Positions 23,898-35,890 of a DNA stretch of 61,067 nt are shown here, in pieces. This stretch comes from Octopus bimaculoides (lineage: Eukaryota), in the NCBI RefSeq assembly GCF_001194135.2, contig NC_069006.1, positions 25,268,830-25,329,896 on the forward strand. The letters are read 5' to 3'. Every line of letters starts with the position of its first letter. Position 1 is the stretch's first letter. Position numbers and translations under genes: made by a program. The notes under the pieces were generated by a model. It searched no databases. It was not told the origin of the DNA and saw nothing but the letters and a program-made list of their open reading frames with translations.

Positions 23898-24608
23898 TCT
23901 TTCATTCTTTCATTTGACTGCGGCCATGCTAGAGCACCGCCTTTAGTCGAACAAATCGACCCCAGGACTTTTCTATGTAAGCCTATAACTTATTCTATCT
24001 GTCTCTTTTTTTCCTGAACTGCANNNNNNNNNNNNNNNNNNNNNNNNNNNNNNNNNNNNNNNNNNNNNNNNNNNNNNNNNNNNNNNNNNNNNNNNNNNNN
24101 NNNNNNNNNNNNNNNNNNNNNNNNNNNNNNNNNNNNNNNNNNNNNNNNNNNNNNNNNNNNNNNNNNNNNNNNNNNNNNNNNNNNNNNNNNNNNNNNNNNN
24201 NNNNNNNNNNNNNNNNNNNNNNNNNNNNNNNNNNNNNNNNNNNNNNNNNNNNNNNNNNNNNNNNNNNNNNNNNNNNNNNNNNNNNNNNNNNNNNNNNNNN
24301 NNNNNNNNNNNNNNNNNNNNNNNNNNNNNNNNNNNNNNNNNNNNNNNNNNNNNNNNNNNNNNNNNNNNNNNNNNNNNNNNNNNNNNNNNNNNNNNNNNNN
24401 NNNNNNNNNNNNNNNNNNNNNATATATATATATATATATATACAAAGGACTTATTTCAGTTTTTGTCTATCAAGTCAATTCATGAGGCCTTGGTCGGCCC
24501 GAGACTATAGCAGAAGACACTTGCCTTAGGTGCCACACAGTGGAACTGAACTCGGAACCATGTGGTTGAGAAGCAAACTTCTTACCACACAGCCATGCCT
24601 GCACCTAT
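23898..24608 (-). mobile_element. SINE head A plus tail E interrupted by the N-gap 24024-24421
   Basis: Head at 24445-24608 and tail at 23898-24022 are in the same orientation; the (TA)n spacer runs into the gap. Confidence 0.8.
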
Positions 24609-24629
24609 ACAATACGTACACACACACAG

Positions 24630-24967
24630 AGTGGAGTGAAAGCATTTGAGGAGGCCAGGATAGCGCCGAAATTTAAAGAAGAATGTTGTGACGAAGAAGG
24701 TGAATCTCAGGGACCTTTTGTGCACAATTTGTGACAGACCATGCCTTTCTTTTTGCTGGGTTCAAATCTCATTTGCAGACCCATGAAAAACGAACCGCCA
24801 CCAACTACTCTGCCTATATATCTGTGCACACCTTTCAATGCCGTGTATGCCATAAGGTCTGCAAATCTAACGGAGGCTTCAAAAGACATTTTAAGATCCA
24901 CAAAGACCAGAACTTAACTGCAGCTCTTGGTGGTCTAAGTTGGATTCTGTTTTGGAATGGTTTCTAA
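24630..24967 (+). pseudogene. Decayed 3' end of an RTE-like LINE ORF with two C2H2-type zinc fingers
   Basis: With two frameshifts: SGVKAFEEARI/RRNLKKNVVTKKVNLRDLL-CTICDRPCLSF/AGFKSHLQTH-EKRTATNYSAYISVHTFQ-CRVCHKVCKSNGGFKRHFKIH. Both fingers are C-x2-C-x12-H-x3-H with a CxSxxG core and no TGEKP linker. Confidence 0.7.
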
Positions 24968-25034
24968 GGTTGGATGCCTTATTAAAACCAAGCAAGTTAC
25001 AGAGAGTTCTGGGTGCTTTTTAAATGAGGTTCTC

Positions 25035-25210
25035 TATGTGGTGCTGGCACAGGTGCTCATTATGTGGCTCTGATATGGGTACTCTCTACACGAGGCTGAC
25101 ATGGGTGCTCTCTAAGTGGGGCTGACATGGATAGTCTTTACATGGTACTAGCATGAGTGCACATCATGTGGTGTTGGTGCAGGTGCTTTATATATGGTGC
25201 CAACACATGA
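25035..25210 (+). repeat. Degenerate 26-bp tandem array, about 7 units
   Basis: Units start at 25035, 25061, 25087, 25113, 25139, 25165 and 25191 with no indels. Confidence 0.8.
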
Positions 25211-25434
25211 AGAGGGAAGTGCTATCTCCCACTGAATCTGTGAAAATGGGGGGGGGGGGGTATCTGTGGTCAAAATTGTTAGAATGAATGGCCCTACTCT
25301 ATGCTTACCCCTATAAATTTGAGCACAGTCAAAGGTGCACTCATGCCTTTGGTGGTCAGGGTGATCCTGAAACTTTGGGGTTCTTTGATTGGCCCCCAGA
25401 TGGAGTTTCTCCCACATCACAGGTTTGCACATAC

Positions 25435-25625
25435 TTAACTCTTTTACTTGTTTCAGTCATTTGACTGGCCATGCTGGAGCACCACTTTAAAGGGTTTTTA
25501 GTCGAAGAAATCAACCCCCAGTACTTATTCCATCGGTCTTTTGCCGAACCACTAAGTTGCGAGGACGTAAATACCAACACCATCGGTTGTCAAGTGATGG
25601 TGGAGAGGGAACAGACACACACACA
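25435..25625 (-). mobile_element. SINE tail E
   Basis: TTTTACTTGTTTCAGTCATTTGACTGGCCATGCTGGAGCACC... Confidence 0.8.
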
Positions 25626-25664
25626 TAAATAAATAAATATATATACATATGTATATATAATACT

Positions 25665-25812
25665 CTTGGAGTGGTGAGCGTTAGGAAGGACATCCAGTCA
25701 CAGAAAACCATGCCAAATCAGACTAGAGTCTGGTGCAGCCTTTCAGGTTGCCAGCTCTGGTCAAGCCATCCAACCCATGCCAGCATGGACAACGGACATT
25801 AAATGATGATGA
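25665..25812 (+). mobile_element. SINE tail D
   Basis: GGAGTGGTGAGCGTTAGGAAGGACATCCAG...GGACATTAAATGATGATGATG. Confidence 0.85.
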
Positions 25813-25816
25813 TGGA

Positions 25817-25952
25817 CTTCTTTCAGTTTCTGTCTACCAAATCCACTTGCAAGGTTTTGGTCGGCCTGAGGCTATAGCAAAAGACATTTGTCATGGAGCC
25901 ATGCAGCAAGATGGAACCGGGAACCATGTGGTTGAGAAGCAAGCTTCTTATC
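25817..25952 (-). mobile_element. SINE head A
   Basis: Reverse complement of head A. Confidence 0.8.
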
Positions 25953-26420
25953 ATGTTTCACCATCTTTTTCCTTTCTTTCCTCTCGTCTTTTGTGTAAAT
26001 CCACACACAAATTATAGACTGTACTTTTAATGTCCCCTTCACCTATGCCCCTATGGCAGATGAGACATCATCATCATCATTAGTCCCCCCTCATCCTTTG
26101 CCCAGGTGGCAAAGAAATTATTATTATTATTATTATTATACAGCTTGTCATGGCAATAATTATTAAAGAAAGCTCAACTGAGATTAAATGGCAACAAACT
26201 GGCTGGTAATCTCACATCCATAGACTAGAACCGTGCACACAACCATTCACCATCACTATCTCCCCCCCCCACCTCTCTCTCTCTCTCCACGTTATAAATT
26301 GTAAATCTCAGCAATGCCATTTTAGTAAGAGTTTTAAGTTCATATGTTAAGAATATTTAGTCTTAACCTTAACAAAGACATTTATATTCTACGTCCATCC
26401 ACCACTCAACGTTGCAAGAC

Positions 26421-26421
<1 letters not shown>

Positions 26422-26463
<42 letters not shown>

Positions 26464-26480
26464 GTGGTTAATAATAATAA
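26422..26480 (+). repeat. (TAA)n microsatellite; similar runs at 43395-43430, 43970-44005, 55149-55196 and 60602-60705
   Basis: Direct. Confidence 0.9.
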
Positions 26481-26714
26481 TAATGGATTGGTGCAGCCAG
26501 TTAGCTTTGGTAATATAGTGCAGTAGAGGATACAATGTAATACCATATACATACACACACACATATACATACATTTATACACACACATACATATATATAC
26601 ATACACATATATATACATACATACACATACATATATATATACATACATATATATACATATACATACATACATATATATACATATGCATACATATATATGT
26701 GTATATATATATAT

Positions 26715-26751
<37 letters not shown>

Positions 26752-27799
26752 CATGCACACACACACATGTACATACACATATATACACACACACCATCTT
26801 CACATCATGTTAACAGCGCTGAGACCAAGAAGTGCAAAACAGCCAAGAACTTCAAGACCGACAAGTTGATTCATTAATAATTATTTTATTATTACTAGCT
26901 GTTGTTATCATTATTATTATTATTACCATTATTCGCCCCTCACCTCTCCTTCTCTCTCTCTTTTTTCTCCTCCATTTCTGTCTTTCTTATGCTCGACTGT
27001 AAAGATTTGCTTAATCTGCAAAATGTTTTGCCGAAACCTTTTTCCTATCCGACTTCCTGGCCGAAATCAATCGAGAATTTATTTCTATGAAATTGAGGTT
27101 AAAGTCAATCCGAGTTCATCAGCAGAGAACTAATCATTCACTGCAATAAACAGCAGCACCACCACCACCACCACCACCGCCGCCAACAACAACAAGCGTC
27201 ACCTCCACCATCACCAAACGATGGAACAGAGAGCAATTTACAAGACTGAACGGATAGAAAGTGCATGTGTTATCAATGTGCACAGACACATATGTCATAT
27301 ATATATATATGCATACATATGTGTGTCTATATGTGTGTATGTATGTCTATATATGTGTGTAATTTGCAAGGTTATCTCTCTCTCCCTGTGTGCGAGTGTC
27401 CGTTGGCCAGTTTTCAAGATTTACAAAGAGAAAATCACGGCTCTATTTCACCAGAAATTATGGCTCTTTTGCTTGAGGAAATTAGATTTGTTTAGAAGGT
27501 GATTGCCTATCAGGGCCCGGACAGCGGTTGTATGTATTGCTGCCGGACATCGGCCATTGTTACAAATGATTTCCCTCTGAGAGGCAATTCATGCACAAAT
27601 ATATTTTAGATAACAAATGCATTTACCATTATACTTATATATTTATATATATATATACACGCATGCACGTATGTATATATGTCCTGTGTGTCGCATATAT
27701 TTGTGTGTGTGTGGAAGGATAACTGGGAGATTTGAGATTCGTATCTCATAAAGCATATCTCTTTATCATGCTTCTCTGAACATGTGTCATCGTTCAACG

Positions 27800-28470
27800 A
27801 GGAAGAATAGGGGGGAGGAAGGGGGAGTGGAGATCAAGAGGAGGAAGGGGGAGACATGGAGAGTGGACATGAAGATTGAGGGTGGGGGGAGTGAAGTGAA
27901 AGGGTAAGTACAGCACGAGAGGAGGAAGGGAGAGAGGGAGAGAAACGGAGACCAGGAGAAGGGACATGCAGACTGAGAGGGAGAGGACGGTGGCGGAGTG
28001 AGGTGGAAGGGAGCATTGGCCATCAAGAGGAGAATAGAGAGAGAGAGAAGGGGGAGAATTGGAGGGGGAAGAAGAACTCGAGAGTAGGAACAGACTAAGA
28101 GAGAGGGAGATATGGAGGGGGAATTAAAGATCAAGAAGGAGGAGACAGAGAGGGAGGAAGGGGAGGTAACCATCAAATGGAAGAGGGAGATGAGAGAGGG
28201 GGATAAAGTATAGAGAGTTGAGAGGGAGAACAGAGACAGTAGAGAGGGAGGAGAGGAGAGAGAGAAAAGAGATAGAGTACAAAAAGAGAGAGAGAGAGTA
28301 GAGTAGAGAGAAAAGTAAAGCTCTAACGGAGAAACAGATGAAAAGAGAGATGAAGAAGTGAACAGCAAGGTGAGAGAGAGAGAGAGAGAGGTGGAAGGAA
28401 AAAGGTAGTGATCAAGAGGAAGAGTAAGAGGGGGAAAGAGAGAGAGGGGGACAACAAGCAAGAGGCACAG
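27800..28470 (+). repeat. Polypurine (GA) tract
   Basis: Direct. Confidence 0.9.
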
Positions 28471-30144
28471 AGAGAGTGGCTCAGTTCCCCCCCCCTCTCT
28501 GTCTCTTTCAACCTTCACCACCATCACCGCCGCCGCCACCACCACTGCAATCCATCCCCCACCCCAGGCCCGTCACCGTAGTCACCAATAAACACTGTGA
28601 AAGCAAAGTCAACTTTCCAGAGAAAAACAATAAAGTTGCCGAGAAAAAGAAGCCAGTAACGATTTCAAGTGGTTCGTAAAGTCCCCGAAGCCAGATAGAA
28701 TTTCTAAACAATGGCGTGATAAACTGTTCATAGCATTTCAAAGCAGACGTCGGCGGCGGCGGCATAACATAAAGAGCCGGCAGAACGGAGGAAACTTCCA
28801 GCTCGATCTCGGCCACCACCAACACCACCACCACCACAGACAGTAGTAGTTGGAGTGGCCATGGAAGAACTTCAATCAAACAGTTTAAGAAAGACAAAAG
28901 CATGTTCTTGGACTCCATTACACAAGGACACTCACACGGTCACTCTGTGTGTGTGGGCGGGCGGGTTTGTGTATAAACATACGCATATACAATACAGATA
29001 CACACAGGCAATTATACATACAGCGTATGTATCATCATCATCGTCATTTAACGTCCGTTTTTCCATGCTGGCATGGGTTGGGTGGTTTCACTATGGTTAG
29101 CAAGCTGGAAGACTCATACACACACACACAGTATATATACCAAATACACAAAGACAAATATGCACACACACACACACACACACAACATACATACATATAT
29201 TTCCACACACACACACAACATACATATATTTAGATACACACACATAACATACATATATTTACACATACACACACACACACACAACATACATTTATTTACA
29301 CACACAACACACATACATATATTTACACACACACAACATACATATATTTACAAACCCAACATACATACATCTAGACAGAATTATATGTATAAACACAAAC
29401 TGATACACATAAATACACACACACACACACAACAATAATATAAACCTATGCATCCACACACACAAACCAATCTCCAATCAGTCTCCTGCTTCACCACCAC
29501 CACCATCACTACCCTTCTCTCTCTCTCCTCACACACGTAACATTACCAATGCGGTTTTCATTTCTTATATTCTTCTCTAATTAAGTGTNNNNNNNNNNNN
29601 NNNNNNNNNNNNNNNNNNNNNNNNNNNNNNNNNNNNNNNNNNNNNNNNNNNNNNNNNNNNNNNNNNNNNNNNNNNNNNNNNNNNNNNNNNNNNNNNNNNN
29701 NNNNNNNNNNNNNNNNNNNNNNNNNNNNNNNNNNNNNNNNNNNNNNNNNNNNNNNNNNNNNNNNNAATCAGTCTCCTGCTTCACCACCACCACCATCACT
29801 ACCCTTCTCTCTCTCTCCTCACACACGTAACATTACCAATGCGGTTTTCATTTCTTATATTCTTCTCTAATTAAGTGTGTATTAACTAGAAAAAAAAAAC
29901 CTCTTTCCTCTCGTTCAATCGTTGCTTCTTTACCTTGCGGTGCCAAACTGATGTTTGCCACTCGTCTCCTACTCATTAGACCCAGACAGCGTTTTAATAC
30001 CTCTGTGATTCTCATCAAAACTACCTTACATCTTCTCTTAATGGATGGCACAATGTTTCAACTTAACAACACACACACACACAAACATACAAACAGTATT
30101 AATATTTCCGCCTTATGTCACCACACAGGATAAACCAGATACAA

Positions 30145-30184
<40 letters not shown>

Positions 30185-30519
30185 NNNNNNNNNNNNNNNN
30201 NNNNNNNNNNNNNNNNNNNNNNNNNNNNNNNNNNNNNNNNNNNNNNNNNNNNNNNNNNNNNNNNNNNNNNNNNNNNNNNNNNNNNNNNNNNNNNNNNNNN
30301 NNNNNNNNNNATAATAATATAAAGAAAAACAAAAAGGGTTTAAATGAAAAGGTGTGAAGAGTGTACTTACAATCCTAAAATTCTGAATGGTACATATATA
30401 ATGTGGCTGGTCAGCACGGCAACTGTCCACGTAGACACAATCTGGAAAAACAAACAAAAAGGATTAAGTGAAATTAAAAGGGAAAGAAATAACAGAAAGA
30501 AAGAAGAAAAAAAAAATAA

Positions 30520-30724
30520 TGGTTTCAAATTTTGGCACAAAGTCGGCAATTTTTCAGGTGGAGTTGGGGGGGTAAGTACTTGATTGGTACTTGACTTTAT
30601 TGACCTCAAAAGGACAAAAGGGTAAGTTGACTTTGGTGGGATTCGAACTCAGAACGTGAAGTGCCAGAAGAAATGCTGTTAAGCATTTTCGTCCAACACA
30701 TTAATGATTCTGCCAGTTTACCTT
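30520..30724 (-). mobile_element. SINE family B
   Basis: Reverse complement of the family B consensus. Confidence 0.8.
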
Positions 30725-30744
30725 AAAAAGAATCATAATTCTTT

Positions 30745-30940
30745 CTGATTTCGGCACAAGGCTGGCAACTTTGGAAGAGGGGAGAAGAGTTGACTACTTG
30801 ACTGGTAATTACTTTATAGACCCCTGAAAGGATAAAAAGGCAAAGTCGACCCCAGCAGAAATTGAACTCAGAATGTAAAGGCCAACGGAATACCACTAAA
30901 CCTTTCGTCTGGCAGGCCAAGGGTTCTGCCAATTCACCAC
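30745..30940 (-). mobile_element. SINE family B, second tandem copy
   Basis: As above. Confidence 0.8.
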
Positions 30941-31007
30941 AGGATAGAAAGAACACTGAGGGTGATGATGATGAGTTTGGAAGGAAGTTGTCCCTTGTAC
31001 TTGCAAC

Positions 31008-31274
31008 CAGGGCTGTGGAGTCAAAACAAAAAACTTCGACTCCGACTCCTCTACTATTGGCACCTCCGGCTCCGACTCCTCTTTATGTAATTAAGTGATT
31101 GTGGTCTACATATCTCATAAAGCATATGCATACACTTGTTCTTTGAGTAGGCCTCTATGTTATAAGTGGTTTACATTAGAGAATAAAGACATTGTGAGTC
31201 AGAGTCGGTATAGTTTTACTGATTCCAACTCCAGCTACCCCTTAATTGTTTCCGACTCCAACTCCACAGCCCTG
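31008..31274. mobile_element. hAT-superfamily MITE, 267 bp
   Basis: Perfect 14-bp TIR CAGGGCTGTGGAGT / ACTCCACAGCCCTG; 8-bp TSD CTTGCAAC / CCTGCAAC (7 of 8 match); subterminal GACTCC repeats. Confidence 0.9.
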
Positions 31275-31680
31275 CCTGCAACTGTACTCTCCCATGCATT
31301 ATCTAACATCCATGGCCACCAGACAGATGAAAAATGCCAGCCCTTCTGACCATAGGAAGATTAGAGCGGGGGGGGGGGGGTCCTCCCAATCAATTCAAGC
31401 GACAGCTGGGTCTGCTCTGCGCCTGGCAATAGCTGGATGACATTAAGTCTGTCAGTCAACAATGAACAAACACTGAACAGAGTAAGACGGGACAGGTTTT
31501 TCTCTCTCTTATCTGCACATATTTTGTACAAGTCCAGCTGATAGCACCACCATGTCTGTTAGTTAATAGCTTCTTACAATTGTGCACAATCAATGACCAG
31601 TACCTATCTTAACTAGACAGGTGCGTATGCATGTGCATATATGCATGCATCCATGCACAGGCGCATACACATATATGCTT

Positions 31681-32014
31681 TGGCGCAGACATATTGAGAA
31701 GCTTGCTTTCCAGTCATCTGATCTTAGGTTTAGTCTCAATGCACAGCATACCTTGGGCAGGTAACTATCTTCTACTATGGCCTCGAGTCAACCGAAGCTT
31801 TGTCAGCCGATTTAGTAGACAGAAACTGAAAGCACTGGTACTGGTGCCATGTAAAAAGCATCCTGTACACTCTGTTGTAAAGTGGTTGGCACTAAGAAGG
31901 GTATTGAGCCATAGAAACCATGTAAAAACAAAGAATGGGAACTGGTACAACTCTCAAGCTTGCCAAATCCTCTCGAACCAGCCAATCCATCCATGCCAGC
32001 ATAGAAAATGGACT
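31681..32014 (+). mobile_element. SINE head A joined to tail D
   Basis: GGCGCAGAC...CCTTGGGCAGG...AGAAACTGAAAG is followed directly by tail D sequence. Confidence 0.75.
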
Positions 32015-32039
32015 GACAATGGTGTGTGTGTCTGAGTGT

Positions 32040-32249
32040 TTGAGATTCTCTGTGTTTCTTTCAGTTAATTTTAAATATAACAAAGAATTTAGTAAAATAA
32101 CTTCATTATTATCATTAAGCTAGTGTTAGGAACATAAACTGTGACTAAGGTTTGGTGGAAGAATTTAATTCAGAACTTTTGAAAACAAGACATTTGTACT
32201 ACAGAGCCAGAGCCGGTTTCAGCTGGGTTAGTATCAGAAAGGGTTTTAA
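32040..32249. mobile_element. Probable half of a TTAA-type (piggyBac-like) MITE
   Basis: AT-rich body ending ...CAGAAAGGGTTTTAAC, similar to an AAAGGGTTAA terminus. Confidence 0.4.
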
Positions 32250-32707
32250 CAGTATGCAGTGCGACCCCATGAAATACATGGTGTCACCGGTAAGTTCTGG
32301 TAACAGGCCATAACAGTTAACATGTTAAATGACAAGGGAATAATAAACTATGCAAGGAACTTCATTAGCTTATTGTTGTTTTTGCTATAGGACACAATGC
32401 ACTTAGAGCCAAGGACACAATAATACAACAAACAAGCACTCAGCTCTTAGCACATTACTTCTTATAGTGGAAACAGCTGTAAGCTAATGAAGTTGATTAG
32501 ATAATTCCTATTCCTTTGTCATTTACATAACTTTATAATTATATATATATACATATATAAACAAACTAAATCTCCATTAGGAGGGGGCGGGTCTGGTTTA
32601 ATCCAGTTTACTGCAGGCCCTTCCCTCTCCATTATCTGTCCCCTACCACTATATATAATCAACCACATACACAAGTATCTAAACTTATAATCAAACAATG
32701 GAATAAA

Positions 32708-32775
32708 GCAGATAATCTCAGATAAGCAGATAATCTCAGATAAGCAGATAATCTCAGATAAGCAGATAATCTCAG
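32708..32775 (+). repeat. 18-bp perfect tandem repeat GCAGATAATCTCAGATAA x3.8
   Basis: Direct. Confidence 0.95.
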
Positions 32776-34109
32776 GCAGATTAATTAATTGACAATAAAT
32801 TACAGTAAAACTTTAAAACTGTATGTGTGTGTGGGAGTCTATGCATTAGTGATGTATGTGTGTGTGTGTGTGTGGTTCTACAGATGTTTTTTTTTTTATA
32901 AATAAATCTGGCGCTATATTGTATAATGGGATATGAAAATTGTCTAGGTGACATTTGTCTGCTGGACACAAATCTCACTACCATTTCTGTCGCCGCCAAC
33001 ACAAGCCACTATTGTTGCCGGCATCACAAACAACCAGGAATTACCATCATCATCACCACTACCACCACGATCTACCATCACTACCACAAACCATCATTAC
33101 TAAACCCCCCCACCCCGACACCATCACGGACCATCATCACTACCCCCACCCAACACCATCACTACCAGCACCCCACCACCACCACCACCACCATTTCTTT
33201 CCTTTCTCCATCGACATCCTACTTCAGTTGACCGGACCTGACCCACCCTCTACAGGTTGGATGGAATACATGAAGTCAAACATTATTGGAAGGGAAAATA
33301 AAACTATTAGTAATGATAGCCGGTGTGGTGGTGGCGGTGGAGAGAAGGACGCCCAGACATTTCACACCACCACCACCACCACCACCACCATCAGCTCTCT
33401 CTCTCTCTCTTTCTCTCTCTCTCTTGCTATCAGATTTGAAATGGATAAAATAAACAGAGCTTTTCTTGTAGAGTTACTGGATAGGGTCAGAATTGTGTCG
33501 GCAACGATTGTTACAGGACACACATACACATAATATACATATATAACACACATATATGCATAATACATATACACATCTATACACACACACACAACACACA
33601 CATATACATACAGAGTAACTGATGCCGCCGACCCAATGTCGATGGCCAGCAGACGTGGCCGGAGTTCCATGCAGCTGAACAGAAGAAATATGGTAATTTT
33701 AACAGACATCTTTTAATAAAAATCCGCTCAAATGTAGAAGCAACAACAGCACGGGGCGATAATTCGAGAAACGCTAACAGGACGAGATATATGTCCAAGG
33801 TGGACATGTGTGTGGGGTGGGGTAATATGATGGGGTGGGTGTGAGGTGTGTGCCAACACCAAAATGGACATGATGAATTCGGAGATCTGTGACTGTCTGT
33901 AAGTGTCGAAAGATAATGATGAATTGTAGAGATAATAATGATGACGATGTGGGGGGAGGGGTGATCTATTTACACAGATAATGATGATGACGATGTATTA
34001 CAAGAGATAATGATGGTGGTGGTGGTCTTATCAACATGTCGTTAATGTTAATTCGTTTAAATGAATGAGACGAAGTGGTGGTTCATTGACGTGATTGAGG
34101 TTGTAAGTT

Positions 34110-34200
34110 TAGGTTATAGCAGACGACACTTGCCCAAGGTACCACCGGAACCATGCCGGTGGGAAGCAAGCTTCTTACCACACAGCCACGCCTGTAACCT
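34110..34200 (-). mobile_element. SINE head A fragment; further fragments at 16195-16260 (-), 36000-36165 (-) and 56005-56150 (-)
   Basis: GACACTTGCCCAAGG...GGAAGCAAGCTTCTTACCACACAGCCACGCCTG. Confidence 0.8.
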
Positions 34201-34976
34201 TTGGCTGCTCCCCTTCAGTACATTCAAAAAGAATCTAAAACATAAAATAAACAAAAGAGGGGGGAGGGGGTAATTATACATGTAACGGCGTGCATGGTTC
34301 TGTACATTTTTCTTAAATACGTAAATTATGAGACAATAATTCAGTTATTACATCGAAAATGGGGAGGAAAGAACGAAATAAAGAAAAGAAAAAACAAAAC
34401 TAGACGGAAATAGTAATTAAGTGCAACAAAAGTCAAAAGATAATTATGAAATTAAATGAGAACTATTCTGATTTTTAAAACTATTTGTAGTCATTAAGGA
34501 AGTTTAATCAATGAGACTTAATTGAATAATATACAATGGTGATGATGATGGTGATGGAGATGATATGGAATGATCCATCAATGGACGCTACAGGATGTGT
34601 GTGGGAGACAAAGCTAATGTTGCACCATAGTGTAAACCATGGATGTTACACACACACACACATATACACATACACATACGGAGGGGAGAGGGGGAGAGAG
34701 GANNNNNNNNNNNNNNNNNNNNNNNNNNNNNNNNNNNNNNNNNNNNNNNNNNNNNNNNNNNNNNNNNNNNNNNNNNNNNNNNNNNNNNNNNNNNNNNNNN
34801 NNNNNNNNNNNNNNNNNNNNNNNNNNNNNNNNNNNNNNNNNNNNNNNNNNNNNNNNNNNNNNNNNNNNNNNNNNNNNNNNNNNNNNNNNNNNNNNNNNNN
34901 NNNNNNNNNNNNNNNNNNNNNNNNNNNNNNNNNNNNNNNNNNNNNNNNNNNNNNNNNNNNNNNNNNNNNNNNNNNA

Positions 34977-35062
34977 TACTTAATTTATTAATCCCGAAAA
35001 GATGAAAGGCAAAGTCAACCTCGGCAGAATTTGAGCTCAGAACGGACAGATGAAATGCCGCT
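34977..35062 (-). mobile_element. SINE family B fragment; further fragments at 41445-41530 (+) and 45425-45515 (-)
   Basis: GAAAAGATGAAAGGCAAAGTCAACCTCGGCAGAATTTGAGCTCAG. Confidence 0.8.
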
Positions 35063-35087
35063 CTTATTAAAAATAGGATTATGATGA

Positions 35088-35121
<34 letters not shown>

Positions 35122-35789
35122 GGTGGTGGTGATGTTTCAGGCTGTGTAATATGTAACTAGTTTATCAAGCAAACAAGAAATTAGCATCCCCCTCCCCCAC
35201 CAACCCGCACAGAATCAATAAAAGAAGCCATTACAAAGTTGACTGAAGAACAACGGGACTGACAATAATAATGGGGGACGATGTTGTTTTATTACTGCTC
35301 ACAGAATAACTCCGAACAATAACAAACACAATAGGCTGCTGGCTGGTTATCTCGTTAGTCACCAAACAGAACAACGATGACGGCGGCGGCGACGACAACA
35401 ACAGCCAGTATCCGGAAATTTGTAAAAATGGTTGAAGTACGACGAGGACCTGTACTTCACCCACACTTTTTTTAACTCGTGCCTCTGCAACTTACCTCCA
35501 CCCCCACCCACCCAGTCTCAAATGACAAAAGAATAAAAAGAATATATATATATATATATNNNNNNNNNNNNNNNNNNNNNNNNNNNNNNNNNNNNNNNNN
35601 NNNNNNNNNNNNNNNNNNNNNNNNNNNNNNNNNNNNNNNNNNNNNNNNNNNNNNNNNNNNNNNNNNNNNNNNNNNNNNNNNNNNNNNNNNNNNNNNNNNN
35701 GTTTATGTATGTATTAATATTATCTCAGTTTTAAAAAACCTTGACAATGTAAATATGCTAATAGTTACCATGGGTAGCGAAAACCTAGT

Positions 35790-35890
35790 GTTTATTCTAT
35801 CAGTCTCTTTTGCCGGACCGCTAAGTTACGGGGACGTAAACATACCAACACCAGTTGTCAAGCGATGGGGGGGGGGACAAACACATACAC
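35790..35890 (-). mobile_element. SINE tail E fragment
   Basis: TATTCTATCAGTCTCTTTTGCCGGACCGCTAAGTTACGGGGACGTAAAC. Confidence 0.8.

Noticed and set aside
25035-25210. Regular 26-bp, 18-bp and 67-bp periodicities as CRISPR arrays
   Set aside because: They are contiguous tandem units without unique spacers, in a eukaryotic context with no cas genes.
35490-35498. Second perfect minus-strand donor GAG|GTAAGT (also weaker ones near 9993, 12770 and 48730)
   Set aside because: No supporting promoter or acceptor context; about the number expected by chance.
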